A stretch of DNA of 64,000 bases from Paraspadella gotoi (taxonomy: Eukaryota; Animalia; Chaetognatha), in contig CM119264.1 of NCBI GenBank assembly GCA_051294375.1, positions 24,665,842 to 24,729,841 on the forward strand, read 5' to 3'. A program made the position numbers and the translations under genes. This document shows, one piece after another, positions 1 to 14,600 of the stretch. Each line of letters starts with the position of its first letter. Positions within the stretch are counted from its first letter, which is position 1. The notes beneath the pieces are model-generated. The model had not been told where the DNA came from, did not search any database, and saw only the letters and a program-made list of their open reading frames with translations.

Positions 1-1839
1 TTTTCTCGATACTATCATTTTCTTTTGTGTTTGGTGGTTATTTTATAAAAAAAGCCGGAGGACAACAAAAAAAAAGTTTCCCCCCCCAAAAAGTTTTCAT
101 TCTCTTTTTCCCGGTCCCCTCTCACTTTTATCCCAAATTATTAAAATTTTTTTTAAAATAAGTTAACAAATACTGGTAAAATCAAGCACACAGAGAAAAA
201 TTAAAATAACCTAACTAATTTTTTCTCCCCACCACCTCTCACCCATTAGCTAGAGGAGAATGTAGTTATGGAATTAATAAATGAGTTAAATTCAAGAGCG
301 TCCAGGGATACAATCGTTGGCTAAAAGCACATCAATACTTTTAAAAAGGGGTTCCCAAAAACTTAAAAAAGGGAAAAAAAAGCAAAAGGGAAAAATAAAA
401 GTTTAAAATTTTTTTTTTTTGGGGAATTTTCGGGACAACTAAGGGAATTTTTTCCCCGGAAAAAGAGAGCAAATAAAAGAGGAACACTAACCGCGGGAAA
501 GACAGAAAGCAGCAAAAAAAGTTTTGAAGACAGAAGAAAAAATTATAAAAACGAAGATGGTCAGGTGGGAATTCGTGGGTAATACGGCGGGGAGAAAGAA
601 AAAGAGAAAAAAAGAAGGAGAAGAGAGAGGAAGAAAAAAAAAACCCCGGGGGGAAAAGAAAAAAGGAAAGGGGAAAATGGGGAAATTTGAAAAAAAAAGA
701 AAAAAAAAAAGGGGGAACCCAAAATTTATAGGAAAGCTTTAATGACGGGATAAAATGAAAAATTTGGAATTAAAATTTCAGGGGAGGGAGAAAAAGTTTT
801 TTTGTTTTTATTTAGTGAGGGGTTGAGGTTGAAAAAGAAGGCGAAGAAAAAGAAGAAAAAAAAAAGGAGAGGGAGGAAAGGAGGGAGGAAAGAGAAAAGA
901 GAAAAAGGCAGAGAAAGAAGAGAAAGAGAAAGAGAAAAAATTTGCGTTTAGCACCGCTACGAGAACGAGAGAGAGAGCCCTATCTTGAGAAAAGAAAAAA
1001 TTGTTATTTGATGAAGATGAGAGAGAAGTGAATTCCTGGGGGGTGGAGCGCATAAGGTGCACGGGAAAAATCCAAGAAATAAAACAGATTCCCCTTGCGG
1101 CCCCCCCCGCGCGGGCATCTCTTTTTGGTATATTGTTGTTTTCCTTTCTGAAAACACACCCGCCGCAACACTTCTTCTCTCTCCTCTATCATCCCATTAA
1201 AAGTTTTCGGCCACCCCTCCTTTTTGTTTGCGTTCCCCCCTACCAAAACATCTATCATACAAAAAAAAGGAAAAATTTTTGGGGCGTCGGCTGCACGAGA
1301 GAAGAGAATACGGGAAAAGAAGAAAAAAAAATAAAAGAAGGAAAAATACGGAAAAAATGAGAGATGGCAAGGAGGAAAACAAAAGTCAAATCAGAAAAAG
1401 ATTAACGGTCTTCAATTTAATAAATTTAATATCACCACTCTCAACTTTAATATCCTTACACACAGGAAAGGGGGGGAGGCTACAAGCTCGTGTGGCAAAC
1501 ACGACGAGAGACATAATAATCTTTAACTTACCGATATAAACAAACAAAAACACACAGAGAAAACCTTGCAGGCCAAGCCAAAACTTTAAGAAAGGAAAAA
1601 AAATTGATAAAAATAAAGAAAAGGAGAGAAAAGATTTAAGGGGGATTAGAAAGAGAGGAAAAAAGGGAAAAAAGAGGAAGGAAAAAAAAAAGAAAAGAAG
1701 AAAAAGAGGAAAGGGAAGGAGAAGGAGGGAAAATTCGCCAGCCCCCCACTGGTGCTCCCCGTTCCCCCCGGGAAAAGGGGTTTCCGTGGGGGGGGTGTGG
1801 GAAAAGGCTTGGGTTTTTTTTTTTGCCCCCCCCCACCCC

Positions 1840-4800
1840 ATACCACGCTCACGGAATATTTGACCTCGGGTCAAACTGCGGACCACGACTGGGGTTAACT
1901 CTTTTCGTTTTTGTCCTTAATCATCTTCGGGTCATCTGAATTCGTCGTTGTCGTCTATCTGTTATATGTTCGTTTTCTCTGTTTTTTTTATTCAATTTGA
2001 GTGTTTGTAATATTGATACAGATCTATTTTATAACTGACATTATACAGATCTCTGACGTTTAACGTTATTTTGGTTCGGATTAATAAATAAAAAATTATA
2101 CGCCCGTACGTCGAGTGGACAGCGAAGAGGTCGAAAAATCAAAAAACTAATCACGACGACGAACAAGACAACGAACGACGAACGTTAAACGACGACAATG
2201 GCCAACGACAACAACGCGAATAAAACTATACATTTTCCGTAGAAGAAGACAGTGTGACGATGGTCAGAATTGGTATACGCTTTTACGGTTAATTTCTAAC
2301 AAAATTATATCCGATGATTCAGTTTTTACGGAGGTTTTGATGATACCCAGCCGGATTTGTTAAGAATAAAAATAGTGGTAAGCCGCGCCGTGGTAAATAT
2401 CCTCTACACAAGGGAGGGAAAAAACACAGATTGTAATTAGATTGGAAAAGCAGAAATCAACTTAAATAATATATGTTCACTCTCTTCAAACATAAAAATA
2501 TCCTAAGTAAAATATAATTTAAATTTATATTTTAATTAAATGTAAGATTATAACTTATATGATTCATAAAAATTTGATTCCATCTGAAATTTTTTTTTAT
2601 CGTCGGCGCCGGCTCCGAGATCGAGAGCCCTGTCTTGCGGGCCTTCTCAAAGCCGGCCGTTGCTTGGACTCCCGCTGATAACGCGACTCCAGCGCTTCAA
2701 GTCGGAGGTACCGCACAGCGGACAAACCGACAATCGTGACCGGAGGACTACGGGACGGCCGGACACCGAATCCCAGATCCGCGACCGGTGCGAATACCGA
2801 CAGAAGGGTCGGGGCCAATATTTTGTTCGGTAACGGGAAAAAAAAGGTCCGCCCGGGGGGACTCCGACACGTGTAACCAAAACCCATTTAATTTACGAAA
2901 GAAAATTCCGGCTCTAATTATTGCTCCGTTATTCAATCGAGGTGAGGAAGAACAAGGAGGATGAACGATGGTTGCTGGGATGACGACACTGACGACGACG
3001 ACGCGACTGACGCACGCGATGACCGACGACGATCAGACGGAACTGAACGACGACGACGATCGACGACGTTCACGACGATCGAACCGGACGACGAGGGAGC
3101 TGGGCACACGACAGTAGATATTAATTGATATTGGGGCTGAGGTCTTGCTAGTTTTGCGTTCAAGCATCGCGACCTCGGAAGATGGTTCCTAACACGCGGA
3201 TGTCATCTAATGCGGTACGATCTGGGTCGGTCATTAAAAATACGTCGTGTTCCTCACTTAAAACGCTTTCAGCGTCAACAAAGAGATAGTACGATTTTAA
3301 TCAGGGCGTACCCTAAAAATCAATAATGCTATTCTCCTCTTGTTTCACCCTATCTTGTCGCTCGGCGGTATTTCATGTAATTTACAGATCCGGGTTCGCA
3401 TTTTGTTTTACAGGCTCGTATAATGATGGATTCAGTAGACTTCACATTACGGTTGTGAGGTGGACATCGCAACCTGATTGAAGATTCTGACGAGAATGAA
3501 AGACCCGAAATAGTATTCACTGGAGAAAGGAGTAAGATTACGAGACTTGTTAAAATAATCCTTTCAGCGAGACGTCTGCGATGTGTCAATTTTGGTCTGA
3601 GAAGGTTTTGGGGTTTTTAACAGAACGATCGGCGAATCTACGCTTTTTGGTACGAGAATAAGACAGCCGAGAACAATCATATAGCTCATTAATTTATCGC
3701 CAGAGGAATATTTTTTTTTCCCACTTTTGGGTAATAAAGTTTATTATAAGATCAAGAATTTCGAATTCGTTCAGTACTTTTTTGTTTACAGATTTTGGGA
3801 AAGGCAAAGAAGACGTGGACGAGAAAGAGAGAGTTTTGGAATCAGACCTAATTATAAAAGCGAGATCAGAATAGTAGTGTACAGGTGCTGAATATAAACG
3901 CGAAAAAGAGCAATCACAATATTATTGATCAAGCAAAAGAAGAGGGAAATTAAATAATTGACGCTGATATAGAGGATGTATCTTTGCCCTGGCCAGAGCT
4001 TGTTTAACCGAGATTGCTTCCAAGTGATTGGCGCCCGCAGCTTTTGAGTTTGGAAAGTTTCTTTTTTCGCTTATAACGAGATTTCGCGAAATAAAACAGA
4101 TAATTTCGACAGGCGAAATTTATGCAATTTTGATGTCGAGAGAGAAAAAGTCATTAAGGTCATTTATTCGGTGATTTCATTAGTGGCTTACATATAACAC
4201 GCGCAGGCGATCGGATCGTGGTGAATTCGGTTTTCCCATTTTTTTTCTATAGGGTTAGGCAGAGCACAGCAGAGGGGTCTCGCGGCGGATCTCTTTCTGC
4301 CTTCTTCTTCTCTTCTAGTACTCTGATAGCCTTCTTCCCTCGCTCTTCTGCTCTCTTGGTGCGGGAGTGGTCTGGGGACGGCATTCTTTTCTGCGTCTCC
4401 TCCTCTCTCTCTCTTGTCTCGTTCTCGCTTCGGTGTTGGTCTGCATGTGTTCGCTGTGCGTTCGTTCGTTCGTCGCTTCGTGTTCCGTTTTTCGTTCTTC
4501 TTTTTCTTCGTGTCCTTTTCATTTTTTTTGCTTCCGTCTATTCGTCGTCGCTTTCGTACCGGTTTATGTCGGGGTGTTTTTACTTAGTGGTCTTATCAGG
4601 TTAATTTTTGAGACTTTCGAAGAGGCACCAAAAGTTCAGCCTCTCACTTCTGTTCGCGGTTCCATTTCTCTGTCGGAGGGTCTGGGGGTTAGAGAGCTTG
4701 GATGCGGCTTGATTGAATTCGTTTTAGTTTTCCTTGTTAGTTCCTTCTTTAGTGTACACTTCCTTCTCCATAGTTCCACTAGCTTCGTGCAGTTCTTACT

Positions 4801-6570
4801 TCCACTTCAACTCACTATCTCTCAGTGCCACTTTTCCCCTAAATTCCACAACCCCTGAGTTTCCACTTCCCCTAAATTTTCCACTACCCCCTTAAAGTTC
4901 TATCTACTTTGCATTTCGTTTCCAATCCCTGATTTCGTCGGGTTTGGAAACTTGTGAGGCCGAAACGGGATGACTCCCGAAACGTTTAAAAAAGATTATA
5001 TAGTCGTTTAATTGGTGTAGCTCGATCACACTCTTATTTCATTGACCTTGTCTCTTTGTTTCGACTAAATAAAGTCTTTTTCTTTATTCACGGTCCGGAT
5101 TTAAACTAAACCTACTAACAATTTTTTATTAGCTGATAACCTAAATTACTCTAATCTGTTCATTGGGGTCGGAATAGGATAACTATTATATCATCATTCA
5201 TCACTATCTTACATCTATTCTATCACATTCCATTCATTTCATTTCTTATCGTTGTCGTCGTCGTCTGTCGTCGTCTTATTAAACCTTCTTCGATTCCGCC
5301 GTCGGACTTTCCGTGTCCGTCGATAACATTTATTTCGCACACTTCGCTCATTCAAGGGAAGATCCTCCCAGGGAGCAGTAACGGTGAATGGCCAGCCAAG
5401 AGACAAGAAGAATAAGGTGATAAAAGAAATATGAGATAAGAAATTTGATAAATAAGGAATGAAGAAAATCGAAACACACGCGGAGGGAAAGAGAGAATTT
5501 AGGGAGATTATAAAGAAAGAGAAGAAAATGCCAGAGACCTTAGGGAAGACTCCGAGATAAAAGGTTTAAGAGTGAGGGTTTATATAATAACCCGCAACTG
5601 GGTTCAGAAAGTGAAAGATTAATAAATTGTTATATATAGTGGGGTAAAGAAGGGATTTGTGATAAGATATAAATGGTAAGATAACAAAAAGAGAAAGTAA
5701 AATCCGCAGGAGAAAGGAGGGAAAAAAAGTGGAAAGAAATCGCTAAAATCATGAAAAATTAGAGGGAAAGAGCTGTGAGTGATGCAGAGGGTGAAATGAT
5801 GTTGGTTTTAGACTCGAAGAGGCTCTAAAACTGAAAGGCGCTAACTCCTTCCTCGTTTATTCTTCGTTGCCATGACGACGGGGAGCCGTGCTGGGCGAAT
5901 GTTTCTAGAAGACGTGCGAGAACGTGTTCTTTGTCTTTGTCTTTTTCTTTCTTTGTCTTTGGTCTGTCTTGGGTTGTCTTTGGGTGGGGTGGTCTTTCGC
6001 GTGTTGCGTTGGTGTGCGTTTCTTGCTGTGTCTTTGCGTAAATACTTATTTACTATAATCTGTTTGTGTTCTTATAAAAAAATATCTAACTATAAAAAAT
6101 CAATAGGTAAATGAGAACACGTTAAAAGGTCAATGAAGATCAAACTGTTTTCTTTACAGGTCTAGGGAAAAATCTGGGGATGGCGTAACTAAACATTTTT
6201 TTTTATCTTTTTTTCTAAAAAATAAAAAATCAATAAAAAAAAAAAATATCTTATTAAAATAAATAAAAATTCACAACCAATCTCTTGTCCTTCTTTTTTC
6301 TTAAAAAAAAAACGGCATTCTTTTGGGGTCTGTTGGAATATTTAGAGTTCTTTCTTTTTTGGAGTTTTCGTTGTTGTTGGTCAAGGTGTATATACCCGGT
6401 GCGTTAGAGAAGTTGCGCGCTGGGATAAAAGAATTTAAAGAACTCATAAACAACAAACAATGACACGAACAACACGACCGGGATAAGGACACGAAGAACA
6501 TTGACTTTGTGGGTTTCTCCGGGAGATGAGAGAGAGAGAAGCGAGAAGAGGAAAGAGGAGAGAAGAGAGA
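1840..6570 (+). repeat. Noisy, insertion-rich re-copy of blocks in 7580-11620
   Basis: 1.85-2.6 kb ~ 7.6-8.17 kb; 2.6-3.72 kb ~ 8.2-9.01 kb; 3.72-4.96 kb ~ 10.37-11.25 kb; 4.95-6.55 kb ~ 9.02-10.25 kb. The block gaaacttgtgaggccgg..cactt..gacctt occurs three times (4948, 9016, 11235). Confidence 0.85.
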
Positions 6571-6668
6571 GAGAGAGAGAGAGAAGTAAAGAGAGAACGG
6601 AAAGAGAAAGAGAGAGAGAGAGAGAAAGAAAAGGAGAGAGAGAAGAGCAGCCAGAAGACAGTTGAAGT

Positions 6669-6693
6669 NNNNNNNNNNNNNNNNNNNNNNNNN
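6669..6693. other. Assembly gap (25 N). Other 25-N gaps: 8176-8200, 10348-10372, 23926-23950, 30773-30797, 54316-54340. Other gaps: 38105-38258, 41827-41836
   Basis: Runs of N in the sequence. Confidence 0.99.
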
Positions 6694-8486
6694 GGGTCGA
6701 GCCACGCCCTGCCGTGCTGAGTCAGGCGTCAGGGTTGACTTCTTTCGAAGCTTGTTGAACTCGAGCGATGCCAACGGTGTTGCAAATTGTCCGAACTGCC
6801 TTACTGCTTTACTCGTTTATCAATATTTACAATCATATTTGAAAACTTTTTTAGATATTTTATCTAATATGCTAATAAAATTTGAAACTCTAAAAAAGCT
6901 GCGTTTCTTATTCACAGTTTTTTGTTCTTTTATTTTCCGTAGGAATACATAATTCGAGCTTCAAAATACTAATTTTTACTTAGAAAAAAATGAGGCAATT
7001 ATTCCAATTTTAAATAATGATTAACTTACTTACATATATTTTTGTTAATCCCCCCAAAAGCAAAATAATAAAAGCACTCGTCGTCGTCGTCGTCGTCGTC
7101 GTCGTCTTCTCTTTTGTTATTGACTTCATTCTCTTCCCAATTTTTTTTTCTCTTTCAACGAATCCTATTTATCGCTGATTAGTTGGAATTAATTGAGTTC
7201 GACGTCCGTAAACCGTTGCTCATCCTATTGGCGAGTTCTCTCTTCTCTCTCTCTCTCTTTCTCTCTCTCTTCTCCTCAACTTTCTTTCTTCACCTCACTC
7301 TTCAACCCGACGTCTTTCAACTCACCGACCGCATGGCCACACGCCTCACGGAATATTGTCAAGCCTTTTCTCTCTCCTCTTCTCTCTCTCTCTCTTCTCT
7401 CTTACTCTCTCTCTCGCCTCCTCTCTCGCTCTCTCTCTCCTCTCCTCATTCGCGCGACGCCTCTTTTCAGTCCGAGAGGAGTCCGTTGTCAAAGTCCCGT
7501 GAGCGTGGGTCCGAGCGAGAGAGTGCGTCGAGCATCGCAAACTTCTTGTCAGTCCGAGTCCGTTGTACGACTCGCCGCTGACCCCGTGAGCGTTTGCCTC
7601 GGGTCGACGCGGACACGACTTGGGTCCAACTATTATCTTTTGTGCTCCTTAATCATTCTTCGGGGTCATCGAAGTGTTCGTCGTTCGTCGTCGTGTCGTC
7701 GGTCGTCCTCGGTTCGTCCGTTTTTTATTCATTGAGGTTGTAATTGTCGTCTTGTAACTGACAACGCTGACGAAAACGGATTTCGGTCGAAAAAAATAAA
7801 TACGCCCGTCGTCGAGTGGACAGCGAAGGAGGTCGACAACCAACAACTATATCACGAACGACTGAAACGACGACGGATAAGTGCGAGCGGACAACAACGT
7901 GCGAATAAGACAAACATTCGAGGGACTACGATGGTCAATCGTACGAGTATTTAGCGTAATTTCACAGAAAAATATGATTAGTTTACGAGGTTTGCAGATA
8001 AATTGTTAAGAAAAAAAGTATAAGCGCTCTTGTTATGATAAAAAAGCGCGTTGTTTGTAACAAATCAACTTGTCTTTTCTCTTCAACAATATTCCTAAAT
8101 AAATTATTTAAATTAAAATGAAATTAATTAAATAAGCTTATTTGATCATAAATTTAATATTCCAGCGAAAAATTCNNNNNNNNNNNNNNNNNNNNNNNNN
8201 TCCCGCCGGCTCCGATCGCCCTGTCTCCCTTTCTCAACCCGTTGCTTGGACTTCCGCTGATAACCGACTCCAGCGCTCAAGTCGATACCGACAGCGAAAC
8301 CGACATCGTGACCGACTACGGGACCCGACACCGAATCCCAATCGCGACCCGAATACCGACAAAATCCCCATTTTGTTCGGTAACCCGACACGTGTAACCA
8401 AACCCATAATTACGAAAGAAAATTCGCTCTAATTATTCTCCGTAATTATCGAGTGCGGAGACAAGGGTTGACGATGGTTGCTGGGA

Positions 8487-8547
<61 letters not shown>
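8487..8547. repeat. (GAC)n microsatellite
   Basis: About 20 perfect GAC units; similar GAC/GTC runs at 7078, 25335 and 30385. Confidence 0.95.
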
Positions 8548-8549
<2 letters not shown>

Positions 8550-9225
8550 GCACGACAGAGATAATGATTTGGGCGTCAAGCGTCGCGACCCGGAAGAGGT
8601 TCCTAACACCGGATGTCATTTGCGGTCATCTGGTCTCATTAAAAATACGTCGTGTCACTTAAACCTCCCACAAAGATACGATTTATCGGGCGATACCAAA
8701 ATCATAATCATTCTTTTCCTTCTCATTTCATGTAATTTACAGCATCGGTTCCGCATGTTACAGCATCGGTATATCAGAGAACTCCATTCGGTTGTTGAGG
8801 CATCGAACTGTGAAGATCTGACGAGATGAAGACCCGAAAAAGATCACTGGAGAAAAGAGTGAAGATTACGAGATTAGAAATAATCCTTCGCGCGGTGTTG
8901 TCATTTCTGAGATCGGGTTTAACGACGATCGGCGAATCTACGCTTGTACGAGAATCAAGACAGCGAGACAAATCATTAGCTATAATTTATCGCCAAGATA
9001 TTTTTTTTTTGTGATGAAACTTGTGAGGCCGGAAAACGGAATTGACTGCGATACGTTTAAAAGAATTAAAGTCGTTTTAATGGTTAGTCGATCACACTTA
9101 TTCAGTGACCTTGTCCTTTTGTTTCGACTAAATAAAGTCTTTTTCTTTATTCACCCGGATTTTAACTAACCAACTAACCAATTTTTATTAGCGAAAACTT
9201 AAATACTCAACATCATTTATCAATG

Positions 9226-9288
<63 letters not shown>
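9226..9288. repeat. (ATC)n microsatellite
   Basis: About 21 perfect ATC units. Confidence 0.95.
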
Positions 9289-9289
<1 letters not shown>

Positions 9290-11639
9290 ACGTCGTTGTC
9301 GTCGTCGTCGTCGTCGTTCGTCGTCGTCTTATTCTTCTCTCCGATCCGCCCGTCGGACTTTCCTTCCTCATCATTTTCCACGCTCGCTCATCAAGGGAGA
9401 TTCTCCAGGGAGCGAACGGTTGATGGCCGCCGACAGAGAAAAGGGTTAAGAAATAGGTTAAGGAAAAATGGTGGAAAAGAAGAAAGAAAAAGGAAGGGAA
9501 AGGAGAATTTATGGAAAAAAAGAGAATTGAGGAGAAGGAAGAGAGAAAAAGTTAGTGAGGGTTAAAGAAGAAACGGGGGCAGAAAGTGAAGATCAAAATG
9601 AAAAGGATGGAAAGAAGGGAGGAAAGAAAAAGAGAACAAAAAGAGAAAGTTAAACGAGGAAAAGGAGGACGGAAAAAAAAAGGAAAGAACCAAAAATCAA
9701 GAAAGAAAAAAGGAGGAAACTTGAGTAGAGAGTGAAATGATTGGGATAGACTTCGAAGAGGCTCTAACGAAGGCCGCTAAAACTCTTTTCCTCGTTTATC
9801 TCTTCGTTGCCATTGACGACGGGGAGCGTCTGGCATGTCTAGAGACGAGAACTTTCTTTTCTTTCTTTCTTTGTCTTTCTTTTTTCTTTTCTTTTTCTTT
9901 CTTTCTTCTTTCTTTCTTTCTTTCTTTCCTTTCTTTTCTTTCTTTCTTTCTTTCTTTTCTTTCTTATTCTTCTTTCTGTCTTTTCTTCTTTCTTTCTTTT
10001 CTTTCTTTCTTTTTTTGGGTTTCGTTGTTGTTGTCAATGTTTACCTCTTAGGAGAAGTTGGCCGCTGCGGGATAAAGAATTTAAAGAAGAAACTCATAAC
10101 AACAACAATAACACACCAACGACCGGGGATAAGGGACACGAAGAAAACGCATTGATTTTTTTTTCTCCGGGGAGATTGAGAGAGAGGGGAGCCGAGAGAG
10201 AGAGGAGACGAGAGAGGAGGAGATGAGAGAGGAGAGAAGGGAGAGAGAGAGAGGAGAGAGATGAGAGAGGAGAGAGAGAGAGAAGAGAGAGAGGAGAGCG
10301 CCAGAAGAGTGAATAGTGATGACAAAGGAAATTAAAAACTGAAAATANNNNNNNNNNNNNNNNNNNNNNNNNTTTTCCCACTTTGGAAATAAATTTTATA
10401 TAAGATCAAGAATTCGATTATGGTTCAGTACTTTGTTTACAGATTTTGGGAAAGTGCAAAGAGAGACGGGGAGAGAAAGAGAGAGTTTTGGAATCAACCT
10501 AATAAAGCGAGATAAAATATTGTAGGTGAAATATAAACGCGAAAAGAGCAATCACAATAAATTATTGTAACAAAAGAAAGAAAAAATAATTGACCGCTGA
10601 TTAACAGAGATTATCTTTGCCCTGCCGCTTTAACGAGAGTTGCCCAAGTTGATTGCCGCCTTTGATGATCTTTTCGCTTATAAACGAGATTGCGCGAAAT
10701 AATAAACAGATAATTTGAAGGCGAAATTTATGGAATTTTCGAGTGTCGGAGGAGAAAAGTCATTAAGAGTCTTCTCATATTCCGGTGCAATTATCATTAA
10801 GTGGCTTAATAACGCGGCAGGCGATGGATCGTCGTGAAATTCGGTTTCTTTTTTCTATTGACCCAGCTTTCCTCTCTCTCTCTCTCTTCTTCTCTCTCTC
10901 TCTCTTCTCATCTTCTCTCCTCTCTCTTCTCTCTGCCTCTTTTTCTCTTTTTCAAACATTGTTAAGTAGTGGCTTCAAATGAGACTCTCAGGCCAGCCCA
11001 AAGTTCAGCCTCTCTCGTTCCGGTTTCCATTTCTCCTCAGTTAACTTTCTTGAATTCAGTTTAGTTCAGTCGCCTTCGAGTTACACTTGTCCTCTCAATT
11101 CCGACGTAGCTCTCAGTTCTACTTCCATCAATCCACCCAGTCACTTCCTAAATTCAACCTAGTTCCAGCTTTCCCCTAAATTCCACTACCCCTTAGTTCT
11201 ACTTTCATTTGTTACCAATTCCTTTCGTCGGGGTGAAACTTGTTGAGGCCGGAAAACGGAATGACTGCGATACGGTTTAAAAGATTAAAGTCGTTTTAAT
11301 GGTTAGTCGATCACACTTATTCAGTGACCTTGTCCTTTTGTTTCGACTAAATAAAGTCTTTTTCTTTATTCACCCGGATTTTAACTAACACAACTAACAA
11401 TTTTTATTAGCGAAAATTAAATACTCAACTCATTATCAATGATCATTATCATCATATCATCATCTCATCATCAATCATCATCATCATCATCATCTCATCA
11501 TGTCATGTCGTTGTCGTCGTCGTTCGTCGTCGTCTATTCTTCTCTCCGATCCGCCCGTCGGACTTTCCTTCCTCATCATTTTCCACGCTCGCTCATCAAG
11601 GGAGATTTCTCAGGGACGTCAGCTCGCGAACTCGGTCCG

Positions 11640-14600
11640 TAGTTAAATTTAATTTTTTTTATTTAACAATTCATTTAGCTGTTAGGGTTATGGATTAGAT
11701 TTAGGATTGACGCGGCGTAGTGTTTACGCTTGATTAGGCCGTGACTGTCAGAGAATTAAGAGAGTGAGCGAAAAATAGAGGTTCTCGGTATATTTGAGGT
11801 TTGGTAGATAAAGATTAAGATATTAGAGAACATAAAAACTAGTAGGTATGTAGGAGAGTTAAAAGGAAGAAACAAAATGGACCGGAAGGAGGAAGAGTAG
11901 ACATTTCTGTAAAAAGAAACAATGAGAGGGTGGAAGAATTGAAAAAATATAGAGAAACCTGAGAGAGAAATAGGGGGAGAAGGTGAATGTGAGAAGATAT
12001 AAAAATTATTAAAGTGCTTCAGAGGAGAATGAGAAAAGAAGAATGAGAGGAAGCGTCAAAGGGAAATTCGTTTGTGGAACACCAGTGCGGAGGTGTTAAA
12101 GAGATATGAAAAACTGTTTATTGCCGGTGGTCAGGAAATTATCCTATATTTCTGGGAATTACCGTCGTTCTTCTCGAGAGAGATATTCTCAATATTGTTA
12201 CAATAATCTCGTGGGATAAACGAGAGCGCGTTGAGTATTCTATTTTGAAAAGACAAATACCCAAGGAGCGAAGTAAAACGAGGATCATCCATAGTAGAGA
12301 AGAGGCCCTACGTTGATCAATCTCCACCGAAGGACAAGACACTCAAGTGAGAAGGATTTATCGATCACAGATAATGTTAAGCCGGATTCTCGCATTTGTG
12401 TGAAATTCAGCGCGCGAAAAAAGTGAGAATGGAACCGCAGGCGGCGGGGCGGCTGGCGCAGGCGAGACGGCAAGAATATGGGCGAAGACGTTGAGTAGAA
12501 GGGTGCATAGTCGTGCGAGTGAGCGGCTCGGCATAGCAGCTCTAGCAGGCAACGGACGAGCGCGCTGATAATAAGCGTCTTCCTTTACGTGCCTCGTGAT
12601 ATATCATCCGTCTATCGTGACGATGCAGGAAGCGTTCGCATTCCGGTTCATAGTTCTCAAAGTCTGCAGCGAGGAGAAAGAACTAATTAGTAGCTTCGTA
12701 TCTTGCAATAGGATCACATATAGGTCATTAGGTATATCATATAGCCTACTTCCTCATATCGATTACAAAAATAAGTGCTAATATATAGTACAAGGGGGTA
12801 CTAATTCATAATTTGTCATATAACAATAACAAGAAATTCTGTTCATCTCATTCATTATCATATGATCTTTGCTTAGTTTTCCTCTCTGCTTATACCTAAA
12901 TTGTCTGTTTAAACATGTTATACATTCAATATAGATGTATATATAAGAAGCAATAGTTATTCTGTCGTTATTGCAAAATAAATCAACGATAATAATAAAA
13001 CATCTATTCGAACTGATATACATTTCAATAGTAAGTTCTTTTCTTTCTTTCATCACCTTATCTCTCTTATTTTTTGCGAAGATTTCGTGATATGTATAGA
13101 TATGACGTCAAATGCTAATATACACTCGATTAGAGAAGTGTTCGCCTCGCTGGGTGATTACATGATCGTAACTTGATTTAAATGATTCCCTTTCAGTGAT
13201 AACTCAATCAATCTCATCGTATCCTAATACACTTGCCAAAAACCTAATCTCATTAACAACACAACTGACTGTGCAGATCCATTCGCTGCATTGAACCATT
13301 CAATTTCGAGCTCATTCATCCTTATGGACGACATCTTAAAAACGACACGAAAGCCATCGTATTTGTTATTTCTTTCTTTCTTCTGCTACTCAGTCATTAA
13401 TGAGTGATCCCAACTTTGACGCTCGAATTGTAGTAGTATCTCTTTGAGCAACGACAGCTTAACATCGTAATTTGGTAAGGCGAGAATTTAGAAGTTTTAA
13501 TCTGGATGTTAAGGCCAGTGATTTCTATCGAAGGAATTCAGCAAAAAAACCACTTTTTGCAATATTGCTAGAATGAGTTAATTCAACAGAATTGATAAAT
13601 TTTACCCTAAGAGGCAGAAGTGGCTGGACTATACAGATTAATGGGTAAAATCATCTGCATGCATTTTTCTAATCGAGAAGAGTAATTGATATAATTTTTG
13701 CTACTTTAATAAAAAAATTATGTTCCATTTTGTCCATTTTTGACTTTTGTTCTTTGAGATTTGAACGTCAAGATCATTGGAAGGAACAATGGTTTTTTTT
13801 ACTGCGGAATTTTGGTATTCTGATATCTTCTTTACCACTGAGTGTCGTTCATTGCCGTTGGTCATCCATTGTTTTACCTATGAATTAATTTTTTAAATTG
13901 AATAGTCAAAAATTTACATTTTGTGACATTTATTACAATTTGTTAAACGAAAATTACTCAAAATGTCCAACAAATCTAATCAAATATTCCCTTTCAACGG
14001 TGCTTCTGGCGTACCTAAAAAAAATTAGGGCAAAAATTACTAGTTTTTGCAGAAAATTAAATTTTTGTGAAATCAACTTTTGAATTTGTTGAGGAGTTGT
14101 TGATTGATGGCGTTTAGGATTTGAGACTAAAACTCGGTTTTTTACTTATTTGTGTGTAGTTTTAATAGATGCAGAAATATACTAAGGTTGAACAAATAAA
14201 AAAACCGCATTCTTTTAATGTAATGGAAAAGCGTACTCGCAGAGTAATTTTTTTTCCTTCTCAATCGGACAGGTTTTTTGCCGGAGAAAAGATTCTCCAG
14301 CAAAAATCTGTCTGATCTTTTTTAAATCTGTTAGGCAAACCGCTCAAAAGACTAGTTAGAAAGAAAAATCATACAGCTACACCAATATTTGTTCTTACAA
14401 TAGCATTTTAAACGATTTTTTATATAAATATAGAAATGAGGTAAAATGGATATAAAATGTAGAAAAAGTGAGTGAAGGAGAATGGAAGAAAAAGAGCAGC
14501 ATTCAAAGAGAAGAGGAGAGCATAGGTGAAAGAAAGAAATGTGTAGAGTCAGGGATGGAGAGAAACAAAGCAGTTGGAAAAGAAACTTAATAGGAAATTG

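Noticed and set aside
524-1886. K/R/E-rich and F/S/L-rich ORFs
   Set aside because: Purine homopolymer-rich noisy sequence with no domain signal.
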